From an uncultured Clostridia bacterium (GTDB lineage Bacteria > Bacillota > JAAYKD01 > CAYOCI01): 64,000 nt of DNA. Below the pieces are notes generated by a model that saw only the letters and a list, made by a program, of their open reading frames with translations, searched no databases and was not told the DNA's origin. This document shows, in pieces, positions 1-9,740 of the stretch. How positions within the stretch are numbered: the first letter of the stretch is position 1; each line of letters begins with the position of its first letter. Location: assembly GCA_964402415.1 (NCBI GenBank), contig CAYOCI010000004.1, positions 20,346-84,345 of the forward strand, written 5' to 3'. The translations under genes were made by a program, and so were the position numbers.

Positions 1-792
1 GGTAGAACCTGTGCCTGTTGTGATAGGCCCCTCATCGAAGAAGGCCATGAGCAGGTCTTCAGCCTCCAGCCGGAGCTGGCCGGTCCACAGCTGCGTGAGA
101 TGATCCCCTCGTTCAAGCTGTTTGCGGTCTACATGGTTCAATGCCAATGTGGCGAGTGGTTCCATGGCGACTGCCTTATGCCGCTGCAACAGGAAACCGT
201 GATAGCGGTCGATATTCGTCAGCCCAATGGCGTCATCACCACCAAGCAGGGCGCGAGCCACTCCATCCACTGCCCCAAGTGTGGGCAGCTAGTCTGGGAG
301 GTCCGTGGGCAGCAGCCCCACCGGTGGCAGCAGGAACTGATGATCAGGCTTCCTCACCCCAGCGAAAAAAGAGCTGAGTTTCTGCGCAGCTATGAAGCAT
401 ATCTGCGGCCCCACCTGAGCGAATGGCCCAGCTTGGCTCTCCGCCCTCGAGGCAAGCGAGAACGTTCGTGGGCCCAACATCCCTATCCGAGGGGCGGGAG
501 CGTCCCCAGCGTTGACGAGATAGGGCGCAACTTCTGGATAGCCGATAAAACGCAAACGACCCTACATCATGTCGCCCAGGAGATCTGCACCAACGAGATC
601 ACCATCAAGGAGATCCTGGGCAACCATATCGCTGAACGCGAGCGAACGCGCACCGAGCGTGAGCACCTCGCGGCGGCTAATGCCGCCGCGAGCCGTCAGC
701 CATCAGGCGTCAGGCATCAGGAGAAGGATGCCCGCGAGGACAAGGCCACCGGATGGCGAGGTCTCTTCGGACTGGGGAAGAAGGGGGATTAG
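1..792 (+). CDS. Hypothetical Cys-rich (putative Zn-binding) protein, 5' truncated by the window edge
   Basis: Frame is open from base 1 (GRTCACCDRPL...) into ORF 100..792; CxxC-like motifs CACCD, CQCGEW and CPKCG. Confidence 0.6.
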   Translation, partial: GRTCACCDRPLIEEGHEQVFSLQPELAGPQLREMIPSFKLFAVYMVQCQCGEWFHGDCLMPLQQETVIAVDIRQPNGVITTKQGASHSIHCPKCGQLVWEVRGQQPHRWQQELMIRLPHPSEKRAEFLRSYEAYLRPHLSEWPSLALRPRGKRERSWAQHPYPRGGSVPSVDEIGRNFWIADKTQTTLHHVAQEICTNEITIKEILGNHIAERERTRTEREHLAAANAAASRQPSGVRHQEKDAREDKATGWRGLFGLGKKGD

Positions 793-924
793 TTAACAAG
801 GGGTCAGACCCCTTGTTAACTAATATTCTCAGGCGCGGTCATGCTGCGCATTCGGTTCTCATCGTCCCAGTGGTTCTCCTTCCCACTCCAAATCAACTGA
901 TGGCTGATGCCTGTTGGCTGATGG
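693..924. repeat. Inverted pair of CATCAGG/CTGATGG-type heptamer arrays enclosing a perfect palindrome
   Basis: 693-720 ccgtcagccatcaggcgtcaggcatcag and 897-924 ctgatggctgatgcctgttggctgatgg; perfect 18-bp inverted repeat at 788-824 (attagttaacaaggggtc-a-gaccccttgttaactaat). Confidence 0.8.
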
Positions 925-968
925 CACCTCCGGGGCCAATGGCCGAGCCATTGGCCCCGGAGGTTTTC

Positions 969-3167
969 ATGCAGCTCCTCGAAGGCACCGTTGAACGCAT
1001 CACCTTCCGCAATGACGAGACCCTCTACACCGTAGCCCGCTTCAAGGTGGGGCGGCGTGAGGGTCCTGCTACCATTGTCGGCAACTTCCCCAGTATCAAT
1101 GTCGGCGAGAGCCTGCGCCTCGAGGGCGAGTGGACCACCCATCCAGAGTATGGTCGCCAATTTAGGGTCAACAAAGTCGAGACCATGATCCCGGCCACTG
1201 TCAATGGCCTGGAACGTTACCTGGGCTCCGGGTTGGTCAAGGGGATCGGACCTAAGACGGCCAAGAAGCTGGTCGAGCGCTTCGGTCTCGACATTCTCGA
1301 TATCATCGAACAGGACCCTCGGCGGCTGACCGAGCTACCCGGCATTAGCGTCAGCAAGGCTCAGCGGATCCAGGCCGCCTACCTCGGGCAGAAAGAGATG
1401 AAGGATGTCTTGGTCTATCTGCAGGGGCACGGCATCAGCGCGACGTATGCGGTGAAGATCTACAAACATTACCGTGATCAGACCATGGCGATCGTCCAGC
1501 AGAACCCTTATCGTCTGGCTGATGAGGTCTTTGGGATAGGGTTCAAGACCGCCGACAAGATCGCTCAGCAGCTGGGCGTCGATCCTAGCTCGCCCCATCG
1601 CCTGGCCAGCGGTCTACAATACGTACTTGGTGAACTGGCCAATGAGGGGCATACCTACGTCCCGGAGGCCGAACTGCTGAACCAAGCCGCCGAAAATCTT
1701 GAGGTTGAGGCGCATCTGTTACAGGAGCCCTTGATCCAGCTGGCAGAGAGACGCCAGATCTTCATCGAATCCGACCTCAACGAGCAGCGGGTCTACCTAG
1801 CCCCCTTCCTCTATGCCGAGGCGGGGGTGGCTCGCTTGCTAAGCACCCTGACCCTGGGCCAGCTTCAGTCGACCCAACTCTCACTGGCTGGTATGGAACG
1901 GATGGTGGAAGAGGAGATCGACCAGGCAGAGAAGGTCCAAGGGATCACCTTTGCCCCCGAGCAGCGCGAGGCGCTGCGCCAGGCACTCAACTCTGGCGTG
2001 GTCGTCATCACCGGCGGCCCCGGAACGGGTAAGACCACCATCGTGCGGGCACTCTTGGAACTATATCAGCTCCGTGGGGCGAAGGTGCTGTTGGCCGCCC
2101 CCACCGGTCGCGCAGCTAAGCGCATGACCGAGGCGACCGGCAGGCCCTCGAAGACGATCCACCGCCTGCTGGAGTACAGCTTCGTTGCCGGTGCGGGGAT
2201 GAACTTCGCCCGCAACGAGGAGAACCCTCTGGAGGCCGACGTGGTGATCCTCGACGAGGTCTCCATGGTCGACCTGCTCCTCATGTACAACTTCCTGAAG
2301 GCGCTACCGCCGTCCTGCCGCCTAGTTCTAGTCGGCGACCGCGACCAGCTACCATCCGTGGGCGCAGGCAACGTGCTGAAAGATATCATCTCCTCTGAGA
2401 CCATCCCCACTGTTACCCTGAAGACTATCTTCCGTCAGGCGCAACAGAGCATGATTGTGGTGAACGCCCACCGTATCAACCAAGGCGAGTTCCCCCTGCT
2501 CAACGACCGCCAGGCTGACTTCTTCTTCATGGAAGAGGAGACCCCCGAGAAGGCGCTGCCCCTGATACTTGACCTGTGTGCTCGGCGGCTGCCTGCCTAT
2601 GCCAAGGTTGACCCGCTGGACGGGATCCAGGTCCTAGCGCCCATGCGTCGCGGGGCTGTTGGAGTGGAGACGCTCAACCATGAGCTACAGCAGGCGCTGA
2701 ACCCGGCCGATGCCCGCCGGAAGCCAGAGCTTAGGGTAGCTGGGACGGTTTACCGTTTGGGCGATAAGGTGATGCAGATCCGCAACAACTACCAGAAGAA
2801 TGTCTTCAACGGCGATATCGGCCGCATCTCTCAGATCGATGACGAGGAGGGTGAGCTGACCGTCGATTTCCCCGAGGCTGAAGGGGTGCACCGCGTCAGC
2901 TATGAGCTGACGGATTTGGACGAGTTGGTCCTCTCCTACGCGGTCTCCGTTCACAAGAGCCAGGGGAGCGAGTATCCCGTGGTGGTCATGCCGGTCATGA
3001 CCCAGCACTTCATGATGCTGCAGCGCAATCTGCTTTACACCGGCATCACCCGCGCCAAGCGTCTGGTGGTCCTGGTCGGCAGCAAGAAGGCGCTAGCCAT
3101 CGCGGTGAGTAACAATCGCGTCGCTGAGCGCTATTCGCGCCTAGCGGAGCGACTGCGATTGAATTAA
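969..3167 (+). CDS. recD2: ATP-dependent RecD-like (RecD2) SF1B DNA helicase
   Basis: N-terminal LEGTVERITFRN, HhH region (GIGPKTAKKLVERFG), Walker A GGPGTGKT, DEVSM, YAVSVHKSQGSEY; GGAGG RBS before ATG 969. Confidence 0.95.
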   Translation: MQLLEGTVERITFRNDETLYTVARFKVGRREGPATIVGNFPSINVGESLRLEGEWTTHPEYGRQFRVNKVETMIPATVNGLERYLGSGLVKGIGPKTAKKLVERFGLDILDIIEQDPRRLTELPGISVSKAQRIQAAYLGQKEMKDVLVYLQGHGISATYAVKIYKHYRDQTMAIVQQNPYRLADEVFGIGFKTADKIAQQLGVDPSSPHRLASGLQYVLGELANEGHTYVPEAELLNQAAENLEVEAHLLQEPLIQLAERRQIFIESDLNEQRVYLAPFLYAEAGVARLLSTLTLGQLQSTQLSLAGMERMVEEEIDQAEKVQGITFAPEQREALRQALNSGVVVITGGPGTGKTTIVRALLELYQLRGAKVLLAAPTGRAAKRMTEATGRPSKTIHRLLEYSFVAGAGMNFARNEENPLEADVVILDEVSMVDLLLMYNFLKALPPSCRLVLVGDRDQLPSVGAGNVLKDIISSETIPTVTLKTIFRQAQQSMIVVNAHRINQGEFPLLNDRQADFFFMEEETPEKALPLILDLCARRLPAYAKVDPLDGIQVLAPMRRGAVGVETLNHELQQALNPADARRKPELRVAGTVYRLGDKVMQIRNNYQKNVFNGDIGRISQIDDEEGELTVDFPEAEGVHRVSYELTDLDELVLSYAVSVHKSQGSEYPVVVMPVMTQHFMMLQRNLLYTGITRAKRLVVLVGSKKALAIAVSNNRVAERYSRLAERLRLN

Positions 3168-3587
3168 GAATTAAGAATGCAGAATTAAGAGTTGGAGAAC
3201 GAGGGCAGTGATGAGCGACAACGTTATCCGGGATAAGAGCAAGGGCTTTGCTCTTAGGGTGATAAAGCTGTATCAGTATCTGAATGAGGAGAAACACGAG
3301 TATGTCCTGTCTAAACAACTGCTGCGTAGCGGAACGAGCATTGGGGCAAATGTCCGTGAAGCAACAAGAGGACAATCAAAACCGGACTTTTACGCCAAGC
3401 TCCATATCGCACTGAAAGAAGCGGATGAAACAGCCTATTGGCTTGAACTGCTTCATGAAAGCGGGTACATGGATGACAAAACCTTTGCCAGTATCAACGC
3501 TGACTGCAACGAGCTGATGTCCATACTCGTTGCCATCCTAAGAACCAAGCACTCCAATTCTTAATTCTTCATTCTTAATTCTTAATT
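3161..3587. mobile_element. Candidate small element: four-helix-bundle gene flanked by 36-bp inverted heptamer (GAATTAA)n arms
   Basis: Left arm 3162-3197 and right arm 3552-3587 are reverse complements with 2 mismatches; the interior looks more AT-rich than the flanking genes. Mobility is inferred. Confidence 0.6.
3208..3564 (+). CDS. Four helix bundle protein (TIGR02436 / 23S rRNA IVS / Avd-like family)
   Basis: 118 aa with family motifs KSKGFALRVIKLY, SKQLLRSGTSIGANVREA, KLHIALKEADETAYWLELL. Confidence 0.92.
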   Translation: MMSDNVIRDKSKGFALRVIKLYQYLNEEKHEYVLSKQLLRSGTSIGANVREATRGQSKPDFYAKLHIALKEADETAYWLELLHESGYMDDKTFASINADCNELMSILVAILRTKHSNS

Positions 3588-3606
3588 TGAAGGGAGGGGA
3601 GGAACG

Positions 3607-4314
3607 ATGTCGGAGACATACGTGACGACCCTCACGAATTTGCTCTTCCCGCCGCGGCAGGTCTGTTCCCTCTGCGGTGATGCCATCGATGATCGTATAG
3701 ATTACGGCGTCTGCCCCGCTTGCCGGATCAAGCTCCCCTATATCGAGGACCCGGTCTGCCCGCGCTGTGGGGAACCGACCGATCATGCTCAGCTCTGCTC
3801 CGACTGCCGTTTGACTGACCACGCCTTTGTCGCATCTCGCTCGCTGTTCAGCTACGAAGGGCTAGGCAAGAAGCTGGTCACCAACCTCAAATTCCGCTTT
3901 CACCCGAGCCTGGCTCGACTATTGGCGGAAATGCTTTACAGCCGGGTCCTCAGTCAACTATCATGGAACTATGACCTGGTTGTCCCGGTCCCCCTCCACT
4001 GGCGCGGGCTCAAGGAGCGTGGCTACAACCAGAGCGAGCTCCTGGCCCGCGCCGTTGGCAGCCTGACATACCGCCCCGTGGTGGATGTCCTGCGTAAGCG
4101 CCACACTGCTGCGCCGCAGCATCACCTGGGCCGTGCCGGACGTTGGACAGCATTGGCCGATAGCTACCACTGCTCGGCGACCCAGGCGGTCAGAGGTAAG
4201 TCGATACTACTCGTCGACGATGTCTACACCACCGGCGCCACTGCCCATTTCTGCACCGAGGCGCTACTAAAGGCTGGCGCTATCTCAGTCCATGTCGTAA
4301 CCATTGCCAGGTAA
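3607..4314 (+). CDS. comFC: ComF family phosphoribosyltransferase-like competence protein with N-terminal double zinc ribbon
   Basis: CSLC/CPAC/CPRC/CSDC motifs, VPVPLH, RGYNQSELLA, LLVDDVYTTGAT. Confidence 0.92.
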   Translation: MSETYVTTLTNLLFPPRQVCSLCGDAIDDRIDYGVCPACRIKLPYIEDPVCPRCGEPTDHAQLCSDCRLTDHAFVASRSLFSYEGLGKKLVTNLKFRFHPSLARLLAEMLYSRVLSQLSWNYDLVVPVPLHWRGLKERGYNQSELLARAVGSLTYRPVVDVLRKRHTAAPQHHLGRAGRWTALADSYHCSATQAVRGKSILLVDDVYTTGATAHFCTEALLKAGAISVHVVTIAR

Positions 4315-4328
4315 GGAGGACAACACCG

Positions 4329-4763
4329 ATGAGTCCATCACCGCAGGATATCCGCAATTGCCCACGCTGTGGGAAAGTCTTCGTGCGCGTCTCCCGTCCC
4401 CTGTGCCCCCAGTGTATTCGTGATGAGGATGAGATGATTGAGAAGGTCAAGGACTACCTGCACGAACACAAGGGCGCCTCTTTGACGGAAGTGGTGGAGG
4501 CAACAGAGGCAGAAGAGGCGCTCGTCCTGCGCCTGATCCGCGAAGGGCGTATCCTCGTCAGCGACGCAAACGTCGCAATCAAATGCGAGCGCTGTAGTCG
4601 TTCGATCTCTGAGGGGCGCTTCTGCAACGCCTGCGCCAGTGAACTCGCCCGCGGACTGATGGGTGGCACAAAGCCCGCTGTGGCACCAAGCACCAGCTAT
4701 GAGCGTAACGCCCGCGTTCATCTGGAAACGCTCAAGAAACGCGATACCACCAACAAGCAATAA
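4329..4763 (+). CDS. yvyF: Flagellar operon protein YvyF-like (TIGR03826-like)
   Basis: RNCPRCGKVF...LCPQC and CERC...GRFCNAC; located between comFC and flgM as in Bacillus. Confidence 0.8.
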   Translation: MSPSPQDIRNCPRCGKVFVRVSRPLCPQCIRDEDEMIEKVKDYLHEHKGASLTEVVEATEAEEALVLRLIREGRILVSDANVAIKCERCSRSISEGRFCNACASELARGLMGGTKPAVAPSTSYERNARVHLETLKKRDTTNKQ

Positions 4764-4764
4764 C

Positions 4765-4791
4765 TAAAGTTTCGCATCCAGATACCGATAA
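4765..4791 (+). promoter_or_regulatory. Sigma-28 (SigD/FliA) promoter for flgM
   Basis: TAAA-N15-ACCGATAA upstream of flgM. Confidence 0.75.
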
Positions 4792-4805
4792 GAAGGGTAG
4801 ATAAG

Positions 4806-4881
4806 AGTCCCTCGCCCCTCGTCCCTCGCCCCTCGTTGATAACCAACTTGTGGACCTGTGGACTTGTGTTCCTGTGGACTC
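4806..4881. repeat. CCCTCGY heptamer array followed by TGTGGAC(T/C) octamer array
   Basis: gtccctcgcccctcgtccctcgcccctcgt (4807-4836); ttgtggacctgtggacttgtgttcctgtggac (from 4848). Confidence 0.8.
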
Positions 4882-4899
4882 GTAAACGAGGTGAGCTCC

Positions 4900-5217
4900 A
4901 TGAAGATCTCCAACAACCAGACGAACAAGATCCTGTCACTTTACACCCAACAGAGCCAGGCTGCTGGGGCTAAGGGCAAGGCAACCGATGCTGGAGCTAC
5001 GGCAAAGCCTGCCGGCCAGCGTGATGAGTTGGTGTTATCTGATCGCGCCCGGGAGATCCAGCTAGCCATGAGGACGGCCAAAGCCTCGCCAGATATCCGC
5101 GAAGAACGGGTGCGGGCGATCAAGGAGCAGATCCAGAGCGGCACCTATTCAGTGCCTGCCGAGGATGTTGCTCGCATGATGCTAGATCGAGCCATGGCTG
5201 ATAGACGGGTGGAGTAG
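4900..5217 (+). CDS. flgM: Anti-sigma-28 factor FlgM
   Basis: DELVLSDRA, DIREERVRAIKEQIQSGTYSVPAEDVARMM; GAGGTGA RBS. Confidence 0.9.
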   Translation: MKISNNQTNKILSLYTQQSQAAGAKGKATDAGATAKPAGQRDELVLSDRAREIQLAMRTAKASPDIREERVRAIKEQIQSGTYSVPAEDVARMMLDRAMADRRVE

Positions 5218-5221
5218 AGGG

Positions 5222-5737
5222 ATGCCCATGTTGAAACAGAACCCCATGGAGCAACTGATATCGATATTGACAGGGCAGCGTGATTGTTACGCTGCTCTTT
5301 TGGGATTAGCTGAGCAGAAACACCAAGCCATCATCGAGGAGAACCTCAAAGGGATCGAGCATAGCGTTGAGCAGGAGCAAGCGCTCATCGGAACGCTCGG
5401 TCGGATGGAGCGTGAGCGGGCGGCGCTAGCTGATGAGATCGCCGCTTACTTGCAGATACCCATCGACCAGCTCAATGTAACGTCCGTACTCGAGCGAGTG
5501 GATCCCTTCACGCGTCGAGTGCTAATCGGTCTCCGTGATCAGATCGTCAGTGATCTGGAGCGTATCGATGCGCTCAGTCAGACCAATGGCGGACTACTTG
5601 AGAAGGCACTCCGCCGAGTCAACCGTTCGATGCAGATACTGGGGGTCAACGCTCAGCAGCCAAACACATATCGGCCCAAGACGCAGCCAACCAACCAACA
5701 GCAAACTAAGACCAGCCTGTTTGATCGCAAAGTCTGA
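5222..5737 (+). CDS. flgN: FlgN family flagellar export chaperone (copy 1)
   Basis: Helical ~170 aa, LAEQKHQAII, N..LL..AL..VN pattern; directly after flgM. Confidence 0.75.
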   Translation: MPMLKQNPMEQLISILTGQRDCYAALLGLAEQKHQAIIEENLKGIEHSVEQEQALIGTLGRMERERAALADEIAAYLQIPIDQLNVTSVLERVDPFTRRVLIGLRDQIVSDLERIDALSQTNGGLLEKALRRVNRSMQILGVNAQQPNTYRPKTQPTNQQQTKTSLFDRKV

Positions 5738-5836
5738 TGAGACACCAGACACTAGACACTAGAAGTCACGAAACCCGAAGGACCACTTGCATGCTTGTGG
5801 ACTTGTGTTCTTGTGGACTCCAGAGGAGTGAAGCCC

Positions 5837-6316
5837 ATGTCTCCGTGGCAAGAACTCACGACCATACTCGCCAATGAGCTGCCCATTCTCGACGCGCTGG
5901 CCCAGATTGGCGAGCGCAAACGAGACGCCATGCTGAGCGATGATCTCTCCCTGATCGATGAGGCTGTAGCCCAAGAAACGGCGCTGCTGAAGCGGCTACA
6001 GGACGAGGAAACGCGTGTGATCGGCGTGGTGGCAAGGCTCAAGCCGCTGATAAAGAGCGATCAGTTGCCTGATCTGATCGCCTCAGTCCACTGCCCCTGC
6101 CCCGACGAGCTGTATCGACTCTACGAGCAGGTGGTGGGAGCGGTCTCTGCGCTCAAGAGTGTTACCCAGCAGAACCAGGCGCTAATCAAACAGTCCTTGG
6201 ATTACGTTGGTCTGACCGTCAAGACCATGATGGGGAAGGCCGAGAACCCAGGCTATACCGCCAAGGGTGTTCAATCCACAGCCAACCCGAACCGCCGACT
6301 TGACTTCCGCGCCTGA
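5837..6316 (+). CDS. flgN: FlgN family flagellar export chaperone (copy 2)
   Basis: GERKRDAML, QQNQALIKQSLDYV, C-terminal GYTAKG...RLDFRA; GAGGAG RBS. Confidence 0.7.
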   Translation: MSPWQELTTILANELPILDALAQIGERKRDAMLSDDLSLIDEAVAQETALLKRLQDEETRVIGVVARLKPLIKSDQLPDLIASVHCPCPDELYRLYEQVVGAVSALKSVTQQNQALIKQSLDYVGLTVKTMMGKAENPGYTAKGVQSTANPNRRLDFRA

Positions 6317-6418
6317 ATCATCTGTTCGCTGCGTTCCTTTTCTCCCCCAATTCCCGATTCATCACTCCCAATTCTTGATTCTTTATTCTGAATTCTTAAT
6401 TTGATCGGGGTGACCACC

Positions 6419-7867
6419 ATGCGATCGACCTTTTTTGGCTTTGAGGCAGCGCGCAAGGCCTTGATGGCTCAACAGCGCTCCTTAGATGTGACCTCACACA
6501 ATATCGCCAATGCCAATACCGACGGCTACTCTCGTCAGCGAGCTGAGTTGACAACTACGACACCTTACACCATCCCCGGGATGAAGGGGCAGATTGGTTC
6601 TGGCGTCGAGGTCAGCACTGTTGTCCGTCTGCGTGAGGAGTTTGCTGACTTTCAGTTCCGCGCTGAGAACCAGGCGCTGGGCAAGTGGGAGACCTACTCC
6701 CAAGCCCTGGAGCGTGTCGAAGGGATCTTTGCCGAGCCAACTTCATCCGGGTTGAAGCAGGCCATCGGCGAGTTCTTCAACGCCTGGCAGGAGCTCAGCA
6801 AAGACGGTGGCAACGAGACCGTTCGCGCTCTGGTTAGGCAGCGCGGTATCGCCATGACCGATATGTTCCACCATCTGAATCGTCAGTTGGATGAGACCCG
6901 GGTCGACCTTAACGAGGGGATCGCACTGGCGGTCAAGGATATCAATGGCATCGCCGACCAGATCGCCTCGCTCAATGGTCAGATCTACAACAGCGAGCTG
7001 ACAGGCTACACCGCCAATGACCTGCGCGATCGCCGCGATCTGCTGGTGGACAAGCTCTCCAGTTTGGTCAACGTTCGTGTCCAAGAGGACAATGGCCAGT
7101 ACTCCGTGCTGGTAAGCGGCACCCGCATCGTCAGCCACACCTCTGTGGTCCACATGGAGGCGGTGCCGATCACCAGCGGGGATGAGGCCGGCTCAGGGAT
7201 GTTTGAACTGCGCTGGGTGAACGAGATTGGTGCCAGTGGTTCCGGGGCGCTTGTTCAGGTCACCAGTGGCCAGCTCTCGGGCTACCTGGAAGTTCGTAGT
7301 GACATTCGCACCAAGTACATGGCTGAGCTGGACAACCTCGCCAAAGCCATGGTCCAAGACCTCAATGCCCAGCATGGCCAAGGCTCAGCCTATGTGAACG
7401 GTGCCTGGACCACGGGTATTGACTTATTCGATCCCAGCACCCTGTCAGCCAAGACCATCAAACTCACCGACGATATCTTGGCGGACAAGACCGGCCTAGC
7501 CTATATCGCCGCCGCTGTCACCCCGACCGATGGCAGTACCCCCGTCCGCGGCGACGGCGGCAACGCCCTTGCTCTCGCCCAGCTCCGCCATAACCGCGGT
7601 CCGAGCAAAGATACCTTTGAGCATATGTATGAATCCATGCTCGGAACCCTCGGCGTCCAAGCCCAATATGCCAACCGCCTGACCGAGAACCAAACCTTCC
7701 TCACCGAGCAGCTGCAACACCGCCGTGAGTCCGTCTCCGGCGTCTCGCTGGATGAAGAGATGACCAATATGATCAAGTTCCAGCATGCCTATAACGCTGC
7801 CGCCCGCGTTACCACCGTCATGGACGAGGTGCTCGACACCCTGATCAACCGTCTCGGAGCGAGATAA
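6419..7867 (+). CDS. flgK: Flagellar hook-associated protein 1
   Basis: SHNIANANTDGYSRQRA; C-terminal SVSGVSLDEEMTNMIKFQHAYNAAARV. Confidence 0.97.
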   Translation: MRSTFFGFEAARKALMAQQRSLDVTSHNIANANTDGYSRQRAELTTTTPYTIPGMKGQIGSGVEVSTVVRLREEFADFQFRAENQALGKWETYSQALERVEGIFAEPTSSGLKQAIGEFFNAWQELSKDGGNETVRALVRQRGIAMTDMFHHLNRQLDETRVDLNEGIALAVKDINGIADQIASLNGQIYNSELTGYTANDLRDRRDLLVDKLSSLVNVRVQEDNGQYSVLVSGTRIVSHTSVVHMEAVPITSGDEAGSGMFELRWVNEIGASGSGALVQVTSGQLSGYLEVRSDIRTKYMAELDNLAKAMVQDLNAQHGQGSAYVNGAWTTGIDLFDPSTLSAKTIKLTDDILADKTGLAYIAAAVTPTDGSTPVRGDGGNALALAQLRHNRGPSKDTFEHMYESMLGTLGVQAQYANRLTENQTFLTEQLQHRRESVSGVSLDEEMTNMIKFQHAYNAAARVTTVMDEVLDTLINRLGAR

Positions 7868-8092
7868 CCAATTTGATGTAGGGGCGCCGCCATGCAGCGC
7901 CCGCCATATGGTCTATCGATCACACCACTGAGGGCTGCTCTGTGTCCTGGTGGTATGGCGCTCCACTGCTTGTGGACATGTGAACTTGTGTTCCTGTGGA
8001 CTGTTGGGTCCACTCATCCTACCCTCATCCTTCACCCATAGCCCTTACTGTGGGCTGTGGGCTGCGGGCTGCGGGCAATAGCGGAGGCACTT

Positions 8093-8986
8093 ATGCGCGT
8101 CACCAACTCCATGCTCACCGATGGCTTCATGCGCAACCTGCGCACTAATCTCCAAGGCCTGGACGAGATCCAACGCAAGCTCTCCTCGAAAAAGGAGGTC
8201 AGCCGCCCGTCGGATGATCCTGTCCGTCTGCAGCAGATTCTGAATCTCGATACATCCCTCGACCAGACCGAGCAGTTCCTGCGCAATATCGATAACGCCT
8301 CATCCTATCTCGCCACCACCGAAGGGGCGCTTAGCCAAGCCATGGCTCTGCTCTCCCGTGCTAGTGAATTGGGCACTCGCAGCCTCAACGGCACCAACAA
8401 CCAAGAGGCCATGGAGGCCACCGCCCAAGAGATCAAGCAACTCCTCGAACAGCTGGTCGAGGTGGCCAATACCACCCATACCGGACGCTATGTTTTCGCT
8501 GGGACCGATACATCCACCAAGCCGTACACCATCAGCAGCTTGGCGGTGACCGCCGAGTCCGAAGCGCCTAACGGCAAGATCGAGTATGAAGTCGGTCCAG
8601 GGGTGAAGATGACCATCAATGTCACCGGCCCAGAAGCCTTCGGTGATGGGGCAGACAGTGCCTTTACCGCTCTCCAAGAGCTTGCCGCTGCCATGAGCGC
8701 GGATGATAAGACAGCCATTAGCGCGGCCACGGAGAAGCTGACGATGGCCAGCGACAAGCTGCTGACCTCCCGCACCGACCTGGGAGCGAGGGTGAACCGC
8801 CTGGAAGCGACGGAAGATCGCTACCAGGAAGACCTAATCAATATCAAAGAGCTAAAGTCCAAGTCCGAGGATATCGATCTCGCCAAGGTGATCATGGATC
8901 TGAAGACCCAGGAAAGCGTTTACCAGGCCTCGCTGGCCGCCGGTGCGCGGATCATCCAACCCAGCTTGGTTGACTTCCTACGCTGA
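8093..8986 (+). CDS. flgL: Flagellar hook-associated protein 3
   Basis: MRVTNSM, SRPSDDP, GRYVFAGT, YQASLAAGARIIQPSLVDFLR. Confidence 0.96.
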   Translation: MRVTNSMLTDGFMRNLRTNLQGLDEIQRKLSSKKEVSRPSDDPVRLQQILNLDTSLDQTEQFLRNIDNASSYLATTEGALSQAMALLSRASELGTRSLNGTNNQEAMEATAQEIKQLLEQLVEVANTTHTGRYVFAGTDTSTKPYTISSLAVTAESEAPNGKIEYEVGPGVKMTINVTGPEAFGDGADSAFTALQELAAAMSADDKTAISAATEKLTMASDKLLTSRTDLGARVNRLEATEDRYQEDLINIKELKSKSEDIDLAKVIMDLKTQESVYQASLAAGARIIQPSLVDFLR

Positions 8987-9549
8987 TGCGTATCGGTAGC
9001 CTACAGATCGAGCAGACCTGGGCGCGGATAGGCATGGAACGACAGCGTGGTGGCGGGGTAGAGATGCGGCAACGATCTGCTGAACTGCAGATCCAGCAGG
9101 CCTCTGCCCAGTTGGAGATTACGCCCAACTTCGCCAAGGTGACCATCGACCAGAGCGCCGCTTGGGCTGATGTTGGCTTGGCCGGGAATGTCGACTTCAT
9201 GGCGACGCAGGTACAGGAAGCCCGCGCCGCTGCCCTGGAGGGGATCGGTCGTGTCGCCCAGGCAGGCGATCTGATGATGCGCCAGCGCAACGCCATTCCC
9301 ACCATCGTCGAGCGGGCCTGCTGGCGCGAATACGAGTTCAACTTCGACATGGTCCCCAAGCACCCGCCCAAGGTCGACGTGGTCGACGCTGAGCCGCCCC
9401 AGATTGAGATCACACCCAGTGAGACCCAGATCGACGTGCAGCCCCACAGCCCTGAGATCACCTTCCGCCCCGACGCGCTGAGGATCTACCTCGAGCAGCG
9501 CGAAGCGCTGTCCATCCGCTATCAGCCAGCGCTAGATGCACGGGTGTAG
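8986..9549 (+). CDS. YviE/DUF6470-like flagellar operon protein
   Basis: LQIEQTWARIG, IDQSAAWADVGL, EGIGRVAQAGD; located between flgL and fliW. Confidence 0.7.
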   Translation: MRIGSLQIEQTWARIGMERQRGGGVEMRQRSAELQIQQASAQLEITPNFAKVTIDQSAAWADVGLAGNVDFMATQVQEARAAALEGIGRVAQAGDLMMRQRNAIPTIVERACWREYEFNFDMVPKHPPKVDVVDAEPPQIEITPSETQIDVQPHSPEITFRPDALRIYLEQREALSIRYQPALDARV

Positions 9550-9612
9550 GCAGATGGAGTCCCTCGCCCCCAGCAAGATGACCGAGGAATGCTATCAGCG
9601 TGGTTGTCACCA

Positions 9613-9740
9613 CCTGCGTTTGCGCTCTCTTCGCTGCGCTACGTTCGCGCTGGGCGTATGCATACGCCCCTATGTGAAGAACTGCATAATGCGATGCGCT
9701 ACGGTTGAATTAATTGTAGGGGCGTATTGCATACGCCCGC
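9613..9740. repeat. REP doublet (REPIN-like), family A, copy 1
   Basis: gggcgtatgcatacgcccctat...gtaggggcgtattgcatacgcccgc with a conserved ctgcgtttgcgct leader; homologs at 49023-49151 and 58120-58246. Confidence 0.85.

Noticed and set aside
753-968. 5' extensions of ORF-track calls (also 4858, 5795, 8057, 10718, 16488, 21856, 32315, 37258, 40638, 53678, 61565, 62765, and 59691 on the minus strand)
   Set aside because: They run through repeats or promoters; better RBS-linked starts lie downstream and homology begins there.
3208-3564. Diversity-generating retroelement, suggested by the Avd-like gene
   Set aside because: No reverse transcriptase and no TR/VR repeat pair with adenine-specific mismatches in the window.
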